Assembly (NCBI GenBank): GCA_951406725.2
Contig: OX597823.1
Span: 38,750,001-38,814,000, forward strand
DNA length: 64,000 nucleotides
Source: Octopus vulgaris
Lineage: Eukaryota
Reading direction: 5' to 3'
The notes below the pieces were generated by a model. It saw only the letters and a list, made by a program, of their open reading frames with translations. It had not been told where the DNA came from and searched no databases. Numbering within the stretch: position 1 is the first letter of the stretch; every line of letters begins with the position of its first letter. A program made the translations under genes and the position numbers. Below are positions 11,051 to 23,677 of this stretch, piece after piece.

Positions 11051-14000
11051 CTGAGGCAGATTTTCTTTGGCTAGATGCCCTTTCTGCTGCCAATCCTCAT
11101 GTATCTACAAGTAAGGAATTGCTTCAAGGTCAGTCATGCTTTCATGGAAGAATGGATACAAACAACACTGTATGTTGGCGATATTCATTCACAAATGTTG
11201 CACGATACCAACACAAACACCTACATGTGCACACATATGTATATACATAAAATATCCATACATATACATGATGGGCTTCTTTCAGTTTCCATCTACCAAA
11301 TTCATTCAGAAGACTTTAGTTGACCAGAAGATGTGGAAGACACTTGTCCAAGGTGCTGCACAGTGGGACTGAACCCAGAGCCTTGTGGTTGGGAAGCAAA
11401 CTTCTTATCACACAGCTACATGAGTACCTACAGAGGTCTATATGAACACACACACACACACACACACGTTACATTATCTGCATGCATAGCTATCTCTCAT
11501 GTGGTCATTGATACCTTTTCATTTAATTTCCTACATAAAATAGTAATAAGAAATAACAAATTCAATTCTACTTTTCTAATTTACTAACCAGGTAAATATT
11601 AATTTCTAGAGATAGATAAGAAACAGACAGATTAAAAATAGGTGCCTTCATAATCACAAAAGTAACTTCATTTATAAAACCTTATCAAAACTATTTCTGT
11701 TACTCATAAGTACACCCTCATTATTGTTAATCACCTGAGGGCCTTAGATATGAGAACATCTTAACAAACAAACAACTACATGCAATAAAAGAAGAAAACA
11801 CTGTTTGTATGCAATCTACAGGAATCTATTGAATTTAATAGTATATGTTCTTATGAAATATAAGATGTTTTTATCATATTCTTTTATATTGATCACAATG
11901 TCTTCACCTGCAGCAACTCCTCCACTATTATCTACATCAAACATCATCAATTAAGAAAAATCTAAAATATATATGTGCACACACACACACATCCTTATAA
12001 CAAATGAGAGAAAGAGAAAATGGATTTCACAAGATTCTTTATTAGTCACAATGATTGTTTCAACCCATCTTGCATTACTCCTTTGTGGGTGAGATTCAGG
12101 ACAACATTGTCCAGAATCTCACCCACATGGGACCAATGCATGATGGGTTAAAACAATCATTGTGATCAATAAAGAATCTAATGAATTTCATTTTCTCTCC
12201 CATTTGTTATATATTCTTTAGGCTAAAGACCCCCTTTGGTCATGAATGACCATGGGAATTCCAGACATGAAGGAATTCCTGAAGTAAATCCAGTGGCATT
12301 TATATCTATACTGTTGATAACATCAGGTAGCCACAGACAGTGAATGTGCTTTAATCGGCATACTACTAGGTGCTTACCCAAGTCTAAAATAATTACACAC
12401 AAATTTTTATATGCACACATGAATATGTAAACCCTTTCTCTTTCTACATGTGAAAGGTTCCCTCCTTAAAGAGGGAACCTTTATATGGTTGTGGAGAATA
12501 CTAGAAATAGTGGCTGTAAAGTTTAAAAGCTCAGTTTTGGATTCAGTCCTTCTGTGTAGCACTTTGTCTTCTGCTATATCCCCAGGTCAACCAATGTCTG
12601 GTGAATGAATTTGGTACTTGGAAACTGAGAGGAAATTTGGAAACTGAGTGTTTGTGTATAAAGATTTTAACATACTGTTAGAAATAGAAGGGATGGTCAT
12701 TGCCAGAATACATTTGATCATAGGTCTCCTGGACCAAGGTTGATCTGAGTTTAAACAATAACTATCATGTCCCTCAAAAACAGTAAAATTATCAGCAATA
12801 AAAAAGGTGAGGGGTTAAGGGTAGCAGTTGTAGGAGCATCAACAGTTGGGGAGCAACATAAGCAGGAGTATTAGTAATAGCATGAGAAAAGCAAAAAAAA
12901 ATAAACTCCATCCCTCATGTACACCAAATCAAGAATAAGGGTGGGAAGAACAAGGGTGGCAGTGGTGGTGATGGCAGTAGTAGTAGTAGAAATTAGGGTG
13001 TGTCATGGTGGTGTTACAGTAGTAGTAGTATTAGTAGTAGTGGCAGAAACATTAGTAATAAGGGTGCAAAGAACAGCAGTAGTCATTGAGGAAGTGGTGG
13101 TGGTGGTGGTGTGAGGAATATCAGTAACATCAGAAATCAGAAGTACCAGTTGTCATGTGAACATGGCTACATGTGTTAGAAGCATTTGTTGTCCAAGGCA
13201 GCAGCAGAAGCATACAAACAATATTTGCAGCAACAGTAGTAGCTGTAGTAGTAGTGACATTTCAGCAGAATCGGTAGAGCACCAGATAAAATACCCTGTG
13301 TTATTCTATCATGTCACTCTACATTCTTAATACAAATCCTGCCAAAGTTTTTACTTTCATGCCTTCCCCTACCCTTAAGTCCATATACTAAAAGTATAAG
13401 TCAAATACCAAGGCTACTGAAATTAATTAAAACTCTTCCCTAAAAATTCCAGGCCTTGTGCCTATAGAAGAAAGGATTATTATTAGCAACAATAGCATTA
13501 GTACAGTTTGCAAGATTATCATCATCACCATCATCAATCATAGTAGCAGTAAATGAGAACTAAAATATAAGAATACCACGACAGTGGCATCAGTAGCATC
13601 ATCATCATCAATGAAATAGGAGCAATAAAAGATGTACAGGACACCAGCATCACCAGCACCTCTCAAATCATCATCATCATCATCATCACCGCTGGTGGTG
13701 GTGGTGTTGAGTCTCAGTGTGATGACTAACATATCTGGTCTGTAGTGAGAGGAACAGTGAGAGATTTCTGGATACAGTGTCATTGCTTTTGGTACTTTAG
13801 CGGAACCAATGATATACAGGAGTCTGCTGCTACTGATGAGGATGGTAGTGATGGTGAGAGTGGTAGTTAGGGTAGTGTGACTGATGGTGGTGGTGGTGGT
13901 GTAACTAGTTGAGTTGATTGTTGTATGGCGATGGTAGAGTTAGTTAGGGGTAGCTGTGGTTGTGGTAAATGACACACTACCACAGGTACAACTTAGTATT

Positions 14001-14576
14001 CTTACCTACAAAGCTTTTCACCAACTAATGTAGTAGTAGTAGTAGTTCGTTTCTATTGTTATAGTAACATGTTAGTATTTTATCTTTATTTAGCCACAAG
14101 TGTTAGATCTATGATCAAAGTAAACCAATGATCAAAAACTTTCCAGCCATGACTATCCTGTCTATTTACAGGGAAAAGGGCATTTAGCACTACACTATTT
14201 AATGTTTACTTTCTTCAATGAAGAATATGCAAGTTGAAGATTTGGCTGTTATTTGTAGCATGTTCAGAAACCACTTAAGGCTCTCTCATTGGCTAGACCT
14301 TTTCTTGTTTTTATATGGTTTATTCAGGACTGTTGTGGTACTGCATTTGTTTTTGTTATTCTAATAGTTTAGTATTAGTGGTTGTGGTTGGTATTGTTGT
14401 CAGTCACAATTATTTGTCATTTAACAGATTTATTTTAACAAATTTTGGTTGATACTTTTTGCTTTTAGTCTTTGTTTTTATTATTGTTAGTTGGTGAAAA
14501 GATTTATAGGTGAGAATATTAAGTTGTACCTGTGATAGTGTGTCATTGTTAGTATTATTATTATTATTATTATACT

Positions 14577-14800
14577 TAAGGCAAGCAAGCTGGCAGAATC
14601 GTTACCAAGTTGGATGAACTGGCAGAATCATTAGCAGTATTTTGCCCATCTCTATGTTCTGAATTCAAATTCTGCTGAGGTCGACTTGGCCTCTAACCCT
14701 TTTGGGGTCACTAAGTTAAGTACCAGTTAAATACTGAGATCGATGTAATCAACTAGACCCCTCTCCCCAAATTTCAGGTCTTGTGCCTTCAGTAGAAAGG
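14577..14800 (+). mobile_element. SINE family B between (ATT)n tracts
   Basis: AGCTGGCAGAATCGTTA head, GAGGTCGACTT...AAGTACCAGTT core, CCTTCAGTAGAAAGGATTATTAT tail. Confidence 0.8.
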
Positions 14801-14831
14801 ATTATTATAATTATCATTATTGTACTTTTGG

Positions 14832-15425
14832 GAATATGACCAAAGACTGCATGTACTCCATCCCATGCAGCTGTGGGAGGTTATACAAAGGTGAAACATG
14901 ACACCCCCTCAAAATAAAGGTAGAGAACATCACAAAGCTGTGACATGAGGAGATATTGATAAATCGGGTATAGCTGATCATGTATGGAAAAAGGGAGACC
15001 ATCTCCCCCTGCAAGATGAATTAAAAATAATAGACAAAGAACACCACTGGAAAATACGGAAACTAAAAGAAGCAGCACATGTGCTCGGCCATGACAACCT
15101 CCTAAGCAGACTGAGTATAGATATGAGTAGCGTATGGGAACCGGTATTAAGGAAGGATAAGAAAATATTAGATTTTTAAGCCCTAAAATTCACTCCATAA
15201 TTGCCCACGGATAGTGGTTAAGAGCGCAGGCTACTAACCCCAAGATTCCAAGTTCGATTCCAAGCAGTGACCTGAATAATAGTAACAACATCAAAAAATA
15301 CCTTAGGAATGAGAATCCAGGTTCGAAATTTCCCCCATGATACCTTATGAAGGCTGGAGGGTATATCAGCCAAAACGTATTAACAACAAACAAGATAAGG
15401 ACAAATATCCGTCAAATGTAAATAA
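14832..15425 (+). mobile_element. Penelope-like retroelement 3' fragment: GIY-YIG endonuclease plus terminal-repeat region with tRNA-like unit and degenerate hammerhead
   Basis: Translates, with stops and a frameshift, to NMTKDCMYSIPCSCGRLYKGET...EHHKAV...KSGIADHVW...IIDKEHHWKIRKLKEA...LLSR (YxIPC-C...YxGET GIY-YIG pattern). Followed by a tRNA-like stretch at 15203-15272 and CTTATGA-aGGCTG..CAGCC-AAAAC at 15344-15376. Confidence 0.85.
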
Positions 15426-15559
15426 GGATAGCTTAAGTTGTGCACTTTTTTTAATAATGTCACCTACATAGACCACAAATTTGTGATTTGTATAGTCAAC
15501 CTAGATAGGTATCATAGGCAAGGAACACATTACTCTCGTAGTGACAAGTTTTCAGAGAC

Positions 15560-17750
15560 CGGATTAGTGAATCAGTTAAGCAGGCATTGATGAGGGTCAA
15601 TTGTCAACAACAAATGGTGGTTTGCTTTGAAAAGGGTAATTACAGTAGAATCAATTAGGTTTAGTAAGACATTAGAGACACAAAAAAAATTGAATGAAGG
15701 GAAACTTAATTGGAAACTTATAAATGTCACTTAGGAAAGGCATCGCAACTAATGTACTCACTGTGAGACTGGTCCTAGCCCAGTTCTTCACCACTAAGCA
15801 TGAAGGCTGCATAGTCAGAGCTAAGGCACATGTTCTAAGGAAATGAAAGCCACTCAATGGGACTGAGTAGTATATGTACAGTGTGACAATAAAGCCATAG
15901 TTCCATCTTTGGTAGACCAAAATGGGTGCATGTTATTCTGACCTGAGTGAATGTGTATAGCATTTCAGCAGCACTTCACACAAAAGTTTGGGAAGAATGG
16001 TAGACTGGAATGCAGGATGGACTTCAGTGCCTACCTTGACAGAATGCCATGACTTTCAGCAAGGGAAGTGGAGCATTGCAAAAAGCTGATAACAGGATAG
16101 GATGTTGAGCTGTACAAAGGGGAAAATTACATATTTTGGATGGTCTGCCCTACACGCTTTACTTTTATATGCCAGACTAGTTTGGAGGCCTCTTAGCAAA
16201 TATCTTCTGCAACTGACAACAGAATGGGAGAATTTTTAGTAGCAACACTGCTCAGAAAGGGAGAATCAAATAGAAATTTTAGGACTATAACACAGATTTC
16301 AAAATTTTGGCCAAGAGGTTAGCAAAGAATTTGGCACTTGTTATTGAGGAACTGATTGGTGATGTGAAAACATGCTACCCCAAACAGAACTATCCATGAT
16401 AACCTCCACCTCAAACTATACATCATAGACAAGGTGGGTAAAGACCTGGTATGGTGTGGCTCTGATCAATTTAGATCAATCAAAGCCTTTAAAAGGGTCA
16501 ACCACCACTACTTGGTGACTGTTTTCATGGTGGCTTGTTTTGGTCCCATTTTCCATGGCTGGATTGTTACAATCTACAGTGATATCTGCTCAGTAGTAAT
16601 GGTTACCTATCAGAACCATTCAACATCATTCACTCAGTCCATCAAGGTTGTCTCCTCTTGTCTCTTCTGAAAGTACTGGCTAGCTCTGGAGTCACCACAG
16701 GGGAAATCAGAGGTGTTGAGAGGTATCATGCACAAGCTAGGATGTGGGAAAACACTGTCAGCACATGTGGACAACATCATCATTATAGTATTGAACACTA
16801 GACACATAGACCTGATTGCACTGTTCTGAAAGAATGTGAGGCAGTGACAAGAGCAAAAATTAACAAAGAAAAGTCATTAGGCCTTGGGAAGAGGTGACAA
16901 GCAGAGTGGCTAGTCTCATCCAGAAAAGGGCCAAGAGAAAGCTGTCTCTGACAGGTCACATACAAGTGAAGAATGCATACATTGTCTCCATTAATATTAC
17001 AACTTTACTGTTGTGCCTTGCCTTGGTTTACATCTGACCAAACTAGAGCACATACTCTTCTGTTTTCTGCAGAAGGGATGTGTTCCACTGGTCAAGTGTT
17101 CCATTTGTTGTCATCCTTTACTGGATGAAGAACTGGACATGCTGTGGCTGATGATGTGCAAACATATGTTGAGTCTACATCTCCAATACTTCCTTGACAG
17201 AGGGCAGGTGTGGTCACCATTTATCAGACTTGCTTTTCAGTAGCTCATTTCTTTGACTGAGCTGCAATCCTGGAACAAGCTGAGACCAAGGTAGGGCACC
17301 TGGCACCTAGAGTGTCATTAGGTGTTGACAGTCCTCTATCAGTCGAGCAATGTAGTCAGTGGAAGTTCCACTTTAGAATTCTATAGAGGTGTAGTGGTGA
17401 GCAAGTGCAATGATGTTCTTGAGGAGACTTTGGACATAGACAATAATCAACTGGCTGGTCTGTTCTAGAGGACTGGGGCCTATGAATAATTTCCAGACAT
17501 CCTTAGTATGGCAGTACTACTGGGAAGTATTGCCATTTCAGGATAAACTCTACAGACTTTGAAGTGCTATCAGCCAGGTTTGCCTTAAATGCATATAGAG
17601 CAACAAAACTGTCCTGCATGCTTTCATCCAGTGCCCAAGCATTAATGATTAGTGGGTTTATGTTAAACACCAGCTGTCATATGTAGGATGGACCCATCTA
17701 TCAGTTGAGACCATTGTGAAGATCATTAAGCTTCACTCTTATGGTCAGAA
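15560..17750 (+). mobile_element. Old L1/Tx1-clade LINE ORF2 remnant (RT and C-terminal zinc finger)
   Basis: ALINLDQSKAF-RVNHHYL...FGPIFHGWIVTIYSDI corresponds to the RT LDxxKAFDRV motif; ICCHPLLDEELDMLWLMM is homologous to 22458 onward; many stops and frameshifts. Confidence 0.85.
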
Positions 17751-17759
17751 ATGGGCTTG

Positions 17760-17862
17760 TACAAAGTTTCAATTGTTTCCAAAGGAATTTTTGTCCATTC
17801 TTCAGCTAAAACAGTCTCCAGTTCTTGTAGTGATGATGATGGAGGATATTGACTCCTTACTT
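17760..17862 (-). mobile_element. Fragment of the Tc1 family seen at 52143-53373
   Basis: CCATTCTTCAGCTAAAACAGTCTC...TTCTTGTAGTGATGATG..GGAGGATAT matches 52260-52345. Confidence 0.8.
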
Positions 17863-17884
17863 GAGATCAGTATGTTTGTCGTCT

Positions 17885-18120
17885 TGGGTACTTAAACCGA
17901 TTTACAATGGATATAGGGTACCCATTGATTTTCAATACCTTTAGGAAGTGTGTTGTGTGGGTTATCTTGTCCTCTGTCCTGCTGCGCTTGCTCTGGATGT
18001 TTGTAAGTTAATTTCTGGTGTATACTATTTTGGCACTGAGTGGAAGGGCTGAATTTTAGTGAACAAACATATCTCAACTGGCTGCTTTCCTGTAGAACTT
18101 GGTGTGGGTCTCTCCTTCTA
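17885..18120 (-). mobile_element. Penelope-like RT thumb fragment
   Basis: The minus strand translates to THTKFYRKAAS*DMFVH*NSALPLSAK...FLKVLKINGYPISIV, with the YRK...SxxP...NGYP pattern typical of Penelope RT C-termini. Confidence 0.7.
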
Positions 18121-19634
18121 TTTATGTCTACCAAATCCACTCACAAGGCTTTGGTCAGCCTGAGGTTATTGTAGAAGACACTTGCCCAAGGTGCCATACA
18201 GTGGGACTGAACCTGGAATCATGTGGTTGGGAAGCAAGCTTCTTACCACACAGCCACTCCTGCACCTCTTTACATACACACGAGAAAACTTCTTTTGGTT
18301 ACTGTGTACCAAATCCACTCACAAGCCGGAATACATAGAAGACACTTGCTTAAAGTGGGTTCTGAAACTGAAAACATAATGTAGAGGAAAAAAACCCCAT
18401 TTTAACCACACTGCCATACGCATATATGCCCAATAAACTAAAAATATAAGTGTAAAACTAAACTTGATTTTACATTTTCCTGGCCTTAATTAAATGTGTG
18501 ACCTTGCAACCAGGATAGATATCTTAATCATAATCATCATCACTTATCAGTCATCATGCTCATCATGTTTTCAACAACCTCACCCCCCCCGTTGAGTTTC
18601 AGCAGCACCACCAGATGCATCTCCATATTCCTGAGGTTAACATTTTCCACATTGTTGCTGAGGGCTGCTTTGTTACAACTGGGTTTATTTTAGTGCTTTT
18701 TGCCTGTTGGTATAGATATCTTCTGTGTCAGTTGTGTTCTGTTAGGATTTGGGGGATTCATTGGAGCTTTTGTTATTATTTGTATTTTTACTATTTCTTA
18801 AACATTTTTATGTAAACCTCTCTCTGTGTTGTATCCCGTCCTTCATTTCATCTCTGTTGCCTTTGAGTACTTGTGTCTAATAAAAGATGGTTATTATTAT
18901 TGTCGTATACAGGATACAGTAGTGAAGTACTAAAAAGATACAAGGCAATATAATTCATTATTTAGAAACTGCTGCTGCTACTGTTGTTGCTGCTGGTGCT
19001 GTTTGTGGTGATTGCTGATCAGCTGATGTATGCATTGTGAGAAGGATATTGGTCAAGGGAGGAAAAAAACAAAAAGAGACGAGGTGTGGGGTGGTGGAGG
19101 AGAGAAAGGCTGATCGGTGCATGGAGATGGAGGGAGGAGGTGTGGCTGCTTGGATAAATGGATGAACTGTGAAATAAGAGAGGACTGTAAACAGATGGAA
19201 GTGCTGCACCTAGGTACAATAACAAACAAGGAAATAAAACACACCTCACAACATCCTGATTAAATAAACCTGCCCTTTATGTTCTATACCAATATTTCTC
19301 CTCCTAACTCACCACCACCACCACCACCACCATAACCCAAAGGTGGGGAGGAGTTTACAAAGATGATAAACGAGATGGTAGGGGTAAAAGCTCTGCTCCA
19401 GAAAAACAAAAGAAGAGACCTAAACATCTAAATGAGATTATAATTGCTGCAGACAAGTATATACACACATACACACAAACATATACGGTCACACATACAA
19501 GCATAATTAAATACACAGTGTATAGGTAACTTGTCAAAGAGTAAGTTGACCATAGTTTCTAATGATGTAGAACTTGTTAGAAATAGATCCAAAATCTCTC
19601 TCAAAAAAAGAAAAAGGACATATTGAGCAATACC

Positions 19635-20046
19635 ATCATCATCATCATTAAATGTCTGTTGTCCATGCTGGCACGGGTTGGACAGTTTGATGAGAGCTGG
19701 TAAGCTGGGGAGCAGCACCAGACTCCAGTCTGATTTGGCATGGTTTCTACAACTGGATCCCCTTCCTAGTGCCAACCACTTTATAGAGTGTGCTGGGTGC
19801 TTCTTCGTGGCACCTCACAAGTGCTTTCATGTGGTGCTGCATAGGTGCTTTTACATAGCATTGCATGGGTGCTTTTATGTGACACCGCATGGACACTTTC
19901 ATGTGGCTCCACCATGAGTGCCTTTCACCACCAAAGGGACCGGTCTTAACATTTCAGTTGCAGAGTATGGGTCTTCTTGAGTACAGCAAGGCAGCAGGCA
20001 TCTCAGTCCTTTGTCATCTCACCTGAAAGGTTCAGCGTACTGAAGA
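19635..20046 (-). mobile_element. RTE-type LINE 3' end with (GAT)n tail and internal ~24-bp tandem repeat
   Basis: (CAT)n followed by TCCATGCTGGCACGGGTTGGAC is the reverse complement of the tail at 42171-42327; the ORF end reads EMTKD*DACCLAVLKKT; about 6 copies of a GGTGCTTTTAYGTGGCACCGCAY-like unit lie at 19795-19930. Confidence 0.7.
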
Positions 20047-21329
20047 TATAATTTTGGAAACACAAAAAATGTGATGGCTATGGTTGGAATGTCTTTGATG
20101 ATAGGTCTATGGGGGTAATGGTGACCTGGGTCAAACAAACAATAATAACTACAACTGACTAACTATTTGGCCTTATTTTATCCTACCATATTTCTGGTGA
20201 AATACATTGTCTTTGTGTCAATTAACGTTGAAAATAAAGGTAGATTTGTATCAAAAGGGGTTAGTGAAATGATGCATGGGGATAGCGCCCAACTTCGATT
20301 TTCTGTGGACTTGATTGACATCCAGTTAAATCTACAGAAACCTTCTGACTCTCCAATTTGCAGGCCTAGAGCACTGGTCTATCACATTTCATGAGAGGAA
20401 CTGAAGCGAGTTCTAATTAGCAATTAAAAGATGTTTCAGTTTTGTGGTCTTGCCACAGTTTACAGTAGTGGAATATAACCCATAGCAGTATGTATGCATT
20501 TAGTTTTGTTTTTTAATAAGCTAGGAAGAAGAGTAGGAAAAGACGTGTTCATGACCTTTGTAGTCACTCTCAGCCTGGTGAAATAGATTTGAAGATTGTT
20601 GTTCTTAAACATTGATATGTCAATGATTTAAGGAAAAGTATGGGAAGAGACAGAATTTTAAAGAATTACAGTCACCAGTGGAAGTTCAAAGTCTGAAAGG
20701 TGAGAAAGGCACAGTGAATCTGGTCAGAGTAGAATATACAAGTAGGTGGGCATGAGTGGAGAGGCATACAGACAGCAAGTTCAAAAGAGCAGAAGACATT
20801 GTAGTAGTGGTACAGGAGGAGACACAGAGAGGAAATAATGTACTGAATGATTGTAGCAAGTTAAAAAGTGGTTCTTTGTCAGATAATTACATGGTTTTCT
20901 TTTGGGTTTAGTCTCAGTGGTTTGAAAGTAGAGGCAGCAGCATCAACATCTCATACTCCAATGTGAAGAAGACTTCAACATGAATCTTTATTGTTTCTTT
21001 ACAACAAACACAATAGTAATGCAATCACAAGATATTAATATAAACCTCTTATCTCTTGGTTGGTTGCACTACAACCTTACTGCTTTGCCTGGGAGAGAGA
21101 AGTTACAAGGATCCGGATGAAAGGTAAAGGTTGTGAAATGAATCACTATAATCCTCATCTTAAACTATCAAAGCTGCCTTCATTTTGGTCAAAGTAACAC
21201 TAAATACAGATGTGTATTACAGGTATATATCTATGTCTAGCCTTCAATATTCACATTGTTTTGTCAAATGTACAACAGTACAATGCAATTTATAGCAAAC
21301 ATACTATTGCTTACATGTAAAATAAAATA

Positions 21330-21546
21330 TGAGCGGGTGTTGAAAAGTTCCTGGATTTGGGTATAAGAAAATACAGGTGGATCAGTTAATTGTGATTTTA
21401 TTGAACATATTCCCCTCTCAGATTCACATACTAATTGCAGTTGTCCTTCAGTTTTTCTAAGTCCTGTAAAAGAACTTGGAAGGTTGGGTCTCCAACCAAA
21501 CCTTTCACAATACCCTTAAAACCAGGAACTTTTCAGCACCCTCTTG
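21330..21546. mobile_element. Mariner-derived MITE (217 bp)
   Basis: TA flanks at 21328-21329 and 21547-21548; TIR TGAGCGGGTGTTGAAAAGTTCCTGG / CCAGGAACTTTTCAGCACCCTCTTG. Confidence 0.85.
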
Positions 21547-22284
21547 TATTAATACACTAAAATAAATTATTTTTGCATGATGTAGACTGTGAAATGATTG
21601 TCACCCCATGAATAATTGTTGGTGAAATAAATATATTCAACTCATACCACCTGGATTTCTTTATATTCTATATACTTCCCATGAAACGATTTTCACTGAT
21701 TGGATTTACTGGATTTCAACTGCATTGGGCTCTACATTACACTTCTACGTATTGGTTTACTATGTGGTTAGTAGCTTGGGTTATATAAATCTGTATATTG
21801 TATATTAAATTTATGACTGATATATATGTATTTATTGATAAAACACTCTGTATTGGTACTGAGGTAATTATCTCTGACACATTAACAGGGTGCATACAAG
21901 ATAGTATGAAGTGACACTGTACATGACTGCTGTGCACTAAGTGTGGGCTAAATCTCACACACGTAAGAAGGCAGAGGTTAAAACTGAGTATCTGGTTTTG
22001 GAGTTGTAACCAAGCAGCAACAGCAGCAGTAGCAGCAGCAATGACAACAACAACAAAGAACACCATGATGATATGATGACTCAGAAAGATAGCTTTATAA
22101 CACAAACCCCAAAAATAAATAAATAAAAGGGAAAAAGAATATTGATAATCAATTCATATCACTATTTGTCAGTGTAGATATTTTAGTGTGTGTGTGCGTG
22201 CGTGTATCATTATTATCATTGTTTAGCATGTCTTCAATGATAGAATGGGTAGTGAATATCTATCTATCTATCTATCTATCTATG

Positions 22285-22412
22285 TACGACCCCTTTCGAT
22301 CGAAATTCAACTCCCCTTTTTCTTTCTTGCTTTCTTTCCTTCCTCAAAAGAAAAGCACTACTTTGTATTTTGTCCCCTCTGTATTCAGCCCTGTGTGGCT
22401 AATAAAGAAACA
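22285..22412 (+). mobile_element. Severely 5'-truncated Tx1-type LINE (3' UTR only) in (TATC)n
   Basis: Homologous to 23558-23677; ends AATAAAGAAACA-(TATC)n and is preceded by (TATC)n. Confidence 0.85.
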
Positions 22413-22422
22413 TATCTATCTA

Positions 22423-22456
<34 letters not shown>

Positions 22457-22457
<1 letters not shown>

Positions 22458-23677
22458 TTGCTGCCAACACCCATTAAAAGGAGGGCTGGGCATGCCGTGG
22501 TTGATGATGCACAGACATGCACCGAGACTGCGACATCTCCGGCTCTACGTAGACGACGGCGAACAGGTGTGGTTGCAGTTTGTGAGGCATGTATTCCCGT
22601 AGCTCGTCTCCATGACCGAACTGCAGTCATGGATTGAAAAGAGGCTGAGGAAGTGCAAATGGCACTGTGAGTGTCGCGCTGCTCTTGAGCAACTATGCCG
22701 TGCCAGGTCGACCATGAGCGACTGCAACACAACCAAAGCATTCTATAGGGGATTGGTGGAGGGGAGGTACGACAACGATCTCGGGGCGAACCTGGGCATC
22801 GACAAGGAATAACTGACCCGCCTTTTCAAGACGACTTTCGGGCCGGGACCTATGGACAACTTCCAGAGATCCCTGGCCTGGCAATGCTATCGAGGAGTAC
22901 TACCTGTTCAGGATAAGCTCTACAGCTATGACTCGAGAAACACAGGTCTGATCTGCCCGAGATGCAGTCAGAGTGATGAAACCATTCTGCACACACTCAT
23001 ACAGTGTCCAATCATTTTCGAACTGTGGGCCTATGTCGAATGACTGCTACCATATGTAGGAGTTTATCAACTGAGTCTATCGTGAATATTGTCGCACCTC
23101 CTTCCTTGAAACGGGAAGGAAGAGCCATTTTCATCGTACTTGTGGCTATGGCGAAAGAATGTGTATGGTGGATGCGTCTGAATGGTCGAGAGACAAACAC
23201 TTTCCTCTCTGGTCAATCTCTCATCAACTTCTTTAAGTATCACTTGAAAAGGAAAGTGAGAGTAGAGAGGGAAGTTTTGTCTAGGGAATGTTTCACAAAA
23301 AGATGGGTGAATGTAGCAAGGACGGCACGTGTGAATGACGGAGCCACCTTGAGCATAATCCTATGAACCAAAAAAAAAAGGAAAAAAGAGAGTCACTTAC
23401 TGCAATGTGTCTTTTGCATGACATTATTGCCCGAGGTTACCAGGGTCTTTTCCGTAGGCTTTTCTTTCCACAGATAAATCTAGTCTGTTTTCCTCTTTTT
23501 ACATTATGACATTTCTGTGATACACGATCCCTATTGATCGGCCTTATTTTTCTTTTCCACAATCCCTTTTGATCGAAATTCTACCCCACCTTTTTTTTTT
23601 CTTCTTCCCAAAAAGAAAAGGTCTACTTTGTATTTTGTTCCCTCTGTGTTCAACCCTGTGTGGCCAATAAAGAAACA
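22457..23677 (+). mobile_element. Relatively young 5'-truncated L1/Tx1-clade LINE (ORF2 C-terminus with zinc finger plus 3' UTR)
   Basis: CCQHPLKGGLGMPW...LAWQCYRGVLPVQDKL...CPRCSQSDETILHTLIQC (CxxC...HxxxxC); ORF stop at 23366; AATAAA at 23666; CpG-rich; (TATC)n on both sides. Confidence 0.92.

Noticed and set aside
19795-19930. Regularly spaced repeats suggestive of a CRISPR array
   Set aside because: Units are directly tandem with no unique spacers, in a eukaryotic LINE UTR, with no cas genes.
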